Assembly: GCF_001194135.2 (NCBI RefSeq)
Contig: NC_068995.1
Coordinates: 7,883,080-7,947,079, forward strand
DNA length: 64,000 nucleotides
Source: Octopus bimaculoides
Lineage: Eukaryota
Direction of reading: 5' to 3'
In this document: piece by piece, positions 54,561 through 64,000 of the stretch
Position numbering within the stretch: position 1 is the first letter of the stretch
Layout: each line of letters opens with the position of its first letter
Made by a program: the position numbers and the translations under genes
Notes under the pieces: model-generated
Told to the model about the DNA's origin: nothing
Database searches by the model: none
The model's input: only the letters and a program-made list of their open reading frames with translations

Positions 54561-55914
54561 ATTTTTCAGTGCTCCCGCTGTTTACAGGGCTAATTTCATT
54601 CTCTTATCCATTACATTAGCCACTTTTTAATACTTCTACGGCGATGTATTTTTGAGGTATAAGTGCTTTTTTTGTAATTTGAATTCAGCCGTCGTTGAGG
54701 CGTCTTTACAGACTTTCTGGATCAATAAAATCAGTAAGATTTTAGAGGAGGTTCAATGTAATTCTGTTGCTTATATCCCGTTCCCTATTAATTTCGTTAC
54801 ATTGGGGCGTGTTAGGAGGTTAGAAATCATTCACTGCATCTATATCAGTTATCAATCATAAATAATAATTATACATACATTAGCATACATTAATGATTAA
54901 TACAATCTGAAAATGAATTAAATATTAAGCAAAAAGAAACGAACAAGATTGAAATGGTTTTATGTTAATGAGATGTGGTTGTTAATGGTTTAGGGGTTAG
55001 AGGAGGTTGCTTTTAATGCAAATATAAATATGTTAATGAAATAACAAATGGAAGAGAAGTCTATAGCTGAGAAAGAGAGACGCAAATAGGGAGGACAAAA
55101 AGCAATACTGAAGAGATCAGAGAGAGAGAGAGAGAAACAAAGAGGAAGAAAAGTAGGTTAGCAAAGACAGAGGGGGAAAGGAGATATGGGATGAGCTAAA
55201 CATCTTGTCACTTGAAGGATTAGGGCATACTGTATTTCAAAGGGCCAGCCTTGTCACCCTCTGTATCTGTGGAGTGCTCAGCCACTTGCACGCTAATAAA
55301 TGAGTTGCGACATCACTGGTGCCAAGCTGTATCGGCCCCTTTGCCTTTCCCTTGGATAACACCGGTCGCGTGGAGAGGGGAGGCTGGCCTTCCGCAAACA
55401 CTCCCCTACAGCTCATCACGTTCTTCAGCAGAAAATATTAATGTAAAACGTTTAGAAATTCCAGTCTTGATGAGTATTAGGCTACATATTCTTAAATGAC
55501 TAAAAAATGAGTTACACTGTTTGATAAATGTGAAAAATATATCATAGTATATTGAAGAACGTAGCGTTTTCATAATAATAAAATAATATTTCATATTTTA
55601 TAATTAGTATGAATCAATATTTGGTAACTAAGGATTGACTCAGAGCTTAATAAATAATCCGCGTAGGCACACACACACACACACACAGACAAATAATTAT
55701 AGACAGGTCCGCATACACACACGCGTGCATATAAGTATATAACATTTCATACATAAATTACACTTCTATGCATTCTGTAATTTTGGTAATCCTCTTCGGA
55801 TTCAAACATGAAGAGCAATGTATATTCATTGAACTGGGGATCAGTAAATTTGACTGGCAAAAATGTTGTGTTTCACAATATCTATCTATCTTATACGCAC
55901 TCACGCACATGTAA

Positions 55915-55967
<53 letters not shown>

Positions 55968-56499
55968 CGTTTGTGTATGCGTATTTTTGTTTTGTGTGTG
56001 TGTGTACATATACGTACACACACCTGTATATGGAAAGATATTGGCTGTAAAGAATTTCCTACTTTTAAGCGTCTTAGTTGAGTAGCCAATCTGTCAGATA
56101 TTAACGGTTGAATATCTTTAGATGTTTTACTTCACTATATTTCCATAGATTACTACTTTACATATTTTTATCGGTTCCTCTGTTTTACGAGAAATGTGCT
56201 TGTCAAACTTGTAACATTTCATGTCTTGAGATTATGGGAGCTGCAAAGATGCGTGGCTAACACATTTGTTCGGAACATTTAAGGTACCGGTTGTGATCCC
56301 ACGACGAGATATTCTTGTAGATATATATTCTGCCGACCAGAACATCGGGTCAAACAATACTTTACGCGTGCAATTTGGAAAAAAAAATCTAACTCATTTG
56401 AAGCAACTCTGCATATCCATCCATCCATCCATCCATTTTTCTTCCAATGCTGACCATATGATCGTTATGTTAAATAACGGTCTTATCATTACTAATAGG

Positions 56500-56735
56500 A
56501 TTGGCTGTGTGCTAATTACCTTGCTTATCAACCACATGGATCCGGGTTCAGTCCCACTGCGTAGCACCTTAGGTAGGTGTCTTCTGCTATAGTCTAAGAA
56601 CGACCGAATCCTTGTCAGTGCATTTGGTGGATAGAAACTGAAAGAATCCCGTCGTGTGTGTGTGTCCCGACATCGCTTGACAACCAATGCTGGAATGTTT
56701 ACGTCCCTGTATCCTAGCGGTTCGGCAACACAGAC
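56500..56735 (+). mobile_element. SINE family 2 copy, 3' truncated
   Basis: caaccacatggatccgggttcagtcccactgcgtagcacc...catcgcttgacaacc. Confidence 0.85.
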
Positions 56736-57125
56736 CCATAGTGTGTGTGTGTGTGTGTGTGTGTGTGCATATATATATATATATTTTTGCGAGGGTATAT
56801 ACTTTGAGATGTAAATCATGTTAATGTTCTGGAACCCAAGTATACATGTTGATGTGAAACAATTTTTCAACCTTTATGCACATGATTCTCCCTTCCCCGT
56901 AGTTCACTATAGCTAAATGGAAGTTTACATAAATTCTTTCTAAAACAATATTTTTATCACTCTTTGTATGACCAATTCTTAAAATCAATTCGTCGCTAAC
57001 ATGGTGTGAGTTCGCGATTATAGTTACATGCATGTTATTTTAATTCAGCACCGTGCGTGTGTGTGTGTATATATATATGAGATAAGGTGTACGTACTCCG
57101 CTATATAGATATATATGTATATACA

Positions 57126-57178
<53 letters not shown>

Positions 57179-57831
57179 GATTGTATGTGTGTGTGTGTAT
57201 GTGATATACACTGTATATATGTGTGTTTGTGGATGTGTCCGTGCGTATGCATTTGATTGTCAATTTGTGTTTATCACTATTTTACATATGAGAACGTCTA
57301 TAATTCATGTGCAAGCGTTCACATGAAACTATATGCACACACATACACACACGCGCGTGCACATACGCTACGGCATACACATATATGAAATCCATTTCGC
57401 ATAATCAGCTAGACACGTCAGCAATAAAGAATATCTTTATAATTTTGAAACAAGCCTGTCAGATTGTAATGGATTCAACATTTCTGCACGCTATTCTTTT
57501 GCATTTCTATAGAACATAGATTTGTTTTTATTCTTTTATCCTGTGCACTCTTCTTGGATTCGTTCTACGTTCTACTAGAAATGTACTAAAGCATTAAGGA
57601 ATACTCAAATACTGTGGGCGGTATGGTAAAATCAGGAAAACGCCTGATGAGACTAAAACTGTTGCCTAGATCCGTCCTTTCATCGTCCGTAGTTTCAAAT
57701 ATGGCCGACTTTATTTGCATGCCCTCCTTTCACGGTTGTGCTTTTGCAGCTAAGGCTGGTTATGACGGAGCAAACCTGGGTTGTGGAGGTAGTTAATGGT
57801 AGAAGGCGAAGCGATCTGTAGCTCCTTATAC

Positions 57832-57864
57832 CTGGATACGTGGTAGACATGTTCCTTGTGTAGT
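57832..57864 (-). CDS. Candidate 33-nt exon upstream of the collagen exon
   Basis: gcgttacttatag|ACTAC...TATCCAG|gtataa. Phase 1-1, reads (D)YTRNMSTTYP and joins in frame to give [13 protein letters not shown]. Confidence 0.6.
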
Positions 57865-59004
57865 CTATAAGTAACGCAGTGCATAATTATAATGGACATA
57901 GAGGAGCAGTTTGATCACGCAGTACGTATTGTCGCACTGTGCGCGCGCGTGTAGATGTGTGTGAACGTGTGTGTATGTGTGCGTGTATATGTACGAGTGT
58001 GTGTGTGTGGACGCCAGAATTGTCCATTGGCGTCCGATACTTCAGTAATTCAGCAGAGATTTGGTAAAATAAGTTCACAGCGTGGAATCAGATACCGTAG
58101 TCAACAGAATCGATTTAACCTTTCAAGATGAATATTTCTAACTCTGACTTCAGAAGTTATTATTTTTGTTATTATATTAATTTTTTTTTACTCTGTAACT
58201 AATTTCATTTTACCTATGAGAAATATTTTTTTTCCCCAGTAGCTGACATAGCGTAACTTTGATAAACCACTGAGAAATAAAATATATAAATTTATAAATA
58301 GATAAACAGACTAATAATTACTGCCGCAGCAGAACGTGTTCGTTTTCGATTCTACGGTATACTAGGGGGAACAAAAAAATATCAAGAGATCTGAATCTTC
58401 TCTGCATGTGCAAGTTAATTAAAATTTAAATTGCATTTAATTAATTTCAAATAGTTCACAGGTGCAGTACCGCTTCGAGTCTATGAAACTTCTCTGTAGT
58501 TATCACAACATTTATAAATAACTCGTAAAATGGTAGCAACAATTCCAAGCAAGAAAACCAAGAAGCTACACTTAGAGCTATCGTATATTTTCCCATTAGT
58601 AATCAAAATGAAAAGTTAGATTTGATAGTTTCAATGCTTTGGTTTATTTATTTATAGACTTATATTTTTCATTAATATACCAAACAAATAATCAGTGGAA
58701 TGCACTAACTTGCTAAGGACAGCTTAAATGTTACGTTCAGGTGAGTGGTTGTGTTGCGGAATGGTAAGAATAATGAAAATTGTAGCGCAGTATCGTCTTT
58801 CAAAGAACGATGCAATTTTTCACTTTCAAATTGTAAATTCCTATATATATATATATGAGAGAGAGAGAGGTAGTGGTGTCAATGAGACCCAGGGCTGTCA
58901 GGTAATGCTAAGTAAATGCTATGGATAGACAATTGTTAAGCTCCAGGTTCGGTGATTATGCGAATAAGGGGCCCAACGTAGGTCATATATCAGGGTCTGT
59001 ATAT

Positions 59005-59281
59005 AAAGATTTACTTTTCGTAATGAGATAAAAAAAAAAAACCGGGGCTGTGTAGATTTTAGAACATTTATAAATAGGTCTTACAGCTGTTTCCAGGATA
59101 TTTATTATATCGGTAATTCACTCTCTATTTCGTATCTTATCTCAATTAACTATTGCTTAACCATCTTCTCACACCGTCTCCGATGAAGGGATATAATAAA
59201 TATCCTGGAAACAGCTGTAAGACCCATTTATAAATCTACACAGCCTTGGTTTTTTTATCTCATTAAGTAAAGTAAATCTTT
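59005..59281. repeat. Fold-back inverted repeat (arms 59005-59111 and 59190-59281)
   Basis: Arms align end to end apart from a 10-nt insertion, a poly-A length difference and a few substitutions; 78-nt spacer. Confidence 0.92.
59176..59223 (+). ncRNA. Minimal type I hammerhead ribozyme motif (U4C variant)
   Basis: Stem I GTCT/AGAC, core CCGATGA, stem II GGGATAT/ATATCCT, GAAA, palindromic C-AGCT-G stem III, GUA triplet. Confidence 0.55.
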
Positions 59282-59294
59282 GTGTGTGTGTGTG

Positions 59295-59450
59295 TATGAA
59301 ATTTACGGAAAAACAAAAGACGAAGACGAGTGTAAAAACAACTGGCAGGTGTATTAGTTTAACGCTCGGAAAGATGTGAAAGTCTTTTGATTTTTGAGCC
59401 TACGCTCTTTAACCGAAAGGAACACGAAGAAATAAACAGAGAATAAAAAT
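59295..59450 (-). mobile_element. Third, degenerate copy of the hammerhead-bearing repeat
   Basis: Reverse complement reads cggttaaagagcgtaggctcaaaaatcaaaagac...tccgagcgttaaactaatac. Confidence 0.55.
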
Positions 59451-60757
59451 AAATTAGAGGCTAATTATACATATTACTCCTATATATATTGTATTTGGGG
59501 ATGGTCATGTTGCCATTTAGCCAATAAAAACACACGCACTATATATTTGGCGTTAATTTGCTTCAGCTTTATATTACATTAATCGTATTTCGCCCAGAGT
59601 TCTTCCGTCACACTTGTGTGACCTCATCAGTGGTCCTTTGCTTTCTTCTGTCTTATTTGTGTGTCCCTCCTTACTAACGATCAGCCATTTTGTATTTTGT
59701 ATTCCTATTGCATGTGTCTTTATTTGCGCATGCGTATCCCTCTATGTGTTTCTATGTTTAGTACGTGCATGTGTGTGTATGGGGAGTGCCTGTATTATCT
59801 GTATCTCCTGTTTATACATGTTCGTTTGATTTGCTTTTATTTATTTGTCCATGTGTTTATATCTACTTATTTTTTCTCTCTCTTTTTATATATAATGAGC
59901 AAATCGAACACTTCATTGATGTGCTGCCTCCAGCCGTAAGACTGCTGTAAACGCCCCCAGACAGACGACCAATGGCAAAAATCACCCAGTTTAGACTACC
60001 CGTTGATGAAATTCTTCGGAACATCGACAGATGATAGCACCAACTATCGATTCTGGGAAGCTCACCACTTTGATTCTGTCCGAATAATAGTAACAATAGA
60101 GCATATCCAGTGAGTTGAATATTGTTGGAAGCAAAGGTGACAAACATCAGAAGATGGAAATCGGATTTACAGTTACTCAACCGGAAGTAACAGGAACACT
60201 AAGTATAGTTTAAAAAGGTGTCTTCAAATTTCAGTGTTAAAATATCTGGAAAATCAAACATGCACGATGCCGAAAACCTTGCACTAACCTCAACAGCGCA
60301 TATCTTGAGAAAAAAATACCTATTGATATAACGTAGTTATAAATCTTAGGTGTTAGGTAGAGACCCGGCTACGAAGTAGACTGTCCAGAAATCAAGCTAA
60401 AATATAAGTAATAGTAATAAATTTCTGCTGCTGCTTTTCGACTGCAAATGTTTTGACGTCAGAATGGTTAACTTCATTTTCTTAAGCCTCCTTCCTTTCC
60501 TTAAATACATCCTCAACATCATCATAAAAGTCGTCGTCATCCTCATCATAGTCGCCATCGCCAAGAACATCGCCATTATAATCATCATCGTAGTCATCGG
60601 GACAACGATTATGTCTACACACACTCATTAGTCACTAATGTATATAGTCGCTCTCACAATGATTGTAATTCTCCATCCATCTGATGACGCCAATCACCAT
60701 TTAGTCTATTATTAGTATATTAGATTATTGGTCATCATTTGAAATTCGATCAACTAT

Positions 60758-60790
<33 letters not shown>

Positions 60791-61726
60791 AATATATATA
60801 TACGTGTTTGTGTCTATACACATATACATACGTAAATATGTATATATGTATGCACGTATATAGATATGTATATATACATGTAAATGTATGTATGTGGATT
60901 GAGATGTATGTATGTATGTATGCACGCATATAGATATGTATATTTATACATGTAAATGTATGTGGATATATCTGTATCTATCTATATAATATATATATAG
61001 CTGTGTATATATGCATATATATACATATGTATGTGTCTATATAAGTACATATACGTGTGTGTGTGTGTGTATGTAAATCCAAATGTTAGGTTAGCTTCCG
61101 GTTAAATATCATTACGGTTCCGTCCTGGTTCTCCTACTCAGATGATATGTCTATAGATTTCGTGATTGTAATATCAATAACTACATTCTTATTGTTGAAC
61201 TTCATTGATTCGATATTGCTATTCTAAGACAGACGATGAAATCTGGGGATAAGAATTTTAATATTTCTATGATAGCACTTGCATAGATTCCTTCCTTTAA
61301 TTGGTAATTCTTTTTCTTTTTTTTTTTTTNNNNNNNNNNTTTTTTTTTTTTTTTTTTTGGCGAGGGAACGAAAATATTCTTACGTGGGTTGACACTGACA
61401 TCCGTGTAAGTGAAAATCTTATATTAACGGTGTAGCGAGTGTTTTGATCTTTGCATACAATGTCTTCGTTATCATTTCGAAATAGTGGTTTGAATGTTCT
61501 TTGTAGTTCTAGTACTTAGTGGCTGTTGAACCGTTGTATACTTCTGCGAACAAAAGAACTTGTGCAGAAAATGAAAGAAAACTGGACATCCGATCGATAT
61601 ATACACAGATCTCTCAAATCTGAACAGACACAATCATTTTGGAAAGATTCTTCTCTAGAAACAAGATATGTTTTAATGCTTCTAAATACTTAATCTAGTG
61701 CTTAGTAGAACTTGCCTTGTGCATAA

Positions 61727-61930
61727 TGTGGAGCTGTGTGGTTAATGGTTAGGGTGTTTGGTCATGATTGTATGATAGTGGTTTCGATTCCAAAACTAGA
61801 CGATCCGTTGTGTTCTTGAGCGAAACACTTCATTTCACATTGCTACAGTCCCCTCAGCTGGTAAAAACGAGTATTCCTGCGACGAATATATACACTAGGA
61901 ATCTGGCCCAAACTGTCCTTATGAGTCATC
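61727..61930 (+). mobile_element. SINE family 4 copy
   Basis: gtggttaatggttaggg...ggtttcgattcc...gtgttcttgagcgaaacacttcatttcacattgc. Confidence 0.8.
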
Positions 61931-64000
61931 TAAATGACTCGGGAATGAAGTTTATATGACTCGGGAACAATCTAGTGTATAATACATTAACAAGTTTGAA
62001 GCACCAAGTAGTGTCTGCACAGATAAAATGATATAATGAGAGACATCTATTTACCTTTGAGGTAGTTGTTGTGTATATCGGGATATCAGATAAATAAGTT
62101 CGTTTTCTTTTTCCCATTTATTATTCTTTCCACATTTATTTGAATTAACACGAAAAATGGTTTTCTTTATCGTATTTTTTTTTTCTAGTTCATTCCTTCT
62201 ATAAATTTAATTTATCATTTTCGAAATTGAAATAAATTTTACCTTTTTTCAGACATATGACGATGGATTGCCAAGTAGAAGGAATTCATCGAATAAACCA
62301 TTGGATCTATCTGTCTATATTTCGAACACTATCGCGAACACAAGCATTTTGGCATTGCATTCTGTCGCGCATCATGAGATTAACCTTAGAAATTTACGTT
62401 GCTTTGGTTTAGGAATACGAGGTAATCCTAAAATGATTTCTATGATAATTACAAAACAAATCCATCGCCTTAAAATAGTGATGCACCTGTGAACTATTTG
62501 AAATTAATTAAACACGTATAAAATGTTAATTAGCTCACATCTGTAGATATCCCACCTCCCGCCGATATTATATATTGTATTAAGCCTTTATTCAGATACT
62601 TTCTTGGTAGAAGCTATACGATAAAGACAAAAGCGGATTCCAAACCAGGAGAGACATTACGTTCGGAAAACCGGATATAAATTACCTAAGAACTGAGAGC
62701 TAATAACTAACCAGGACTAATCCGTTTCTCGATAATTATTAATCAGAAATTCATTAACCGTTAGCTATCAACAATTGGATGGCTAAGAGATATTACCTAG
62801 TCAAGAATTCATTAGCTATCTAATAGGGAGATATTAGTCATAAGCCCTTTATTAATTATCTGCTTTTCCAGTTAATCGCTATTCCCTGCCATTACATTTG
62901 TTTATTTTATGTTTGTGTGTATGTATATTAGTACAATTTCACGCATATAATAAGCATAAGTGTGTATTTGTGTGGGGGAATATATAGACATATATGTGCA
63001 TACATATATTTATGAGTGTATGTATGCCTATTTGTATCTATCTACCGTTAGTCAGTTTGAATATACGCCTATTTTTCAACACACGCAAACGCACACACAC
63101 ATCTATATATATATGTATATCTATCTATCTATCTATCTATCTACGCACATATGTAAATACGTAAAACTCATAGATATACGCATGCATGTATGTATCTATC
63201 TATGTTTGTGTATGACTGTATGTATGTATGTACGTGTGCACGTATGTACATAAGAATCTTAAAACCTTATAAACATCATGCTTCTCATTAGCGTGTTTGC
63301 TGTTATTTATTAAAGGGAAACCTCCTTCATTAATGATTTACGAACCTGTCCAGTTCGTTTGCTATTGTTGGCCGTTCTAGCTTCATAGAAAATCACGTTG
63401 CCCAAAGGATTTCGAATCATGGCAGTTGTTATTTGTTATTTGAAGTATTAAAGAGGATGAGCATCTGCGAAAGGAGGTCTTATTTCATTATATAATATTT
63501 AAGATAAACACGATTACACGATTGACTAGGTGTTTCTATCTAAGTTTAAACGCACGGGCGCACGCACACGCACACACACACATATTCCTATGTATGTATG
63601 CATATACATGTATGTGTATATATACGCATATGCATGCCCATATACACACACACACATAAATATATATATGTATTTATTTCCTCATATATGTCCCTTTATA
63701 TTCATATACATATATATATATATATATTATGTAATTTATACATGTATATATATGCAGCTATCAACCTATATCTCTCTGTATATACATATATCTATGTGTA
63801 TATATATATATATATGCGTATATATATATATATATATGCATATCTATATGTGTGTGTATATATATATGCATATCTATATGTGTATATATATATATGCATA
63901 TATATATGCATATATATATATGCATATATATATATATATATATGCATATATATATATATATGCATATATATATATATATATATGCATATATATATATATA

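Noticed and set aside
59900-60060. EQIEHFIDVLPPAVRLL*...LPVDEILRNIDR, vaguely Gypsy gag-like
   Set aside because: Too short and interrupted to support a call without a profile search.
60480-60610. Acidic Tyr/Asp reading CPDDYDDDYNGDVLGDGDYDEDDDDFYDD on the minus strand
   Set aside because: A degenerate (GAT)n-type tract like those at 33390-33440 and 43080-43110, with no good splice sites.

Overview
AT-rich, microsatellite-saturated eukaryotic DNA from a draft assembly with 10 N gaps. The SINE families and the (TA)n/(CA)n/(TACA)n density resemble octopod cephalopods; this is an inference, and no search was run. Almost all listed ORFs are microsatellite or transposon artefacts. The window appears to be mostly intronic sequence of one minus-strand gene built from tiny exons. 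Its only unambiguous exon is a 108-nt Gly-X-Y collagen exon (52471-52578), preceded by two perfect TACTAAC boxes about 135-143 nt upstream and a 194-nt AG-free zone. Other phase-compatible small exons can be chained to it into a short-collagen / Cys-rich / Pro-rich protein with possible alternative C-termini; that chain is a hypothesis. The rest is four tRNA-derived SINE families (one forming head-to-tail arrays), decayed RTE and CR1-like LINEs, Tc1 and mariner remnants, and Penelope-type repeats carrying minimal hammerhead ribozyme motifs, one inside a fold-back. Several long inverted repeats are also present.
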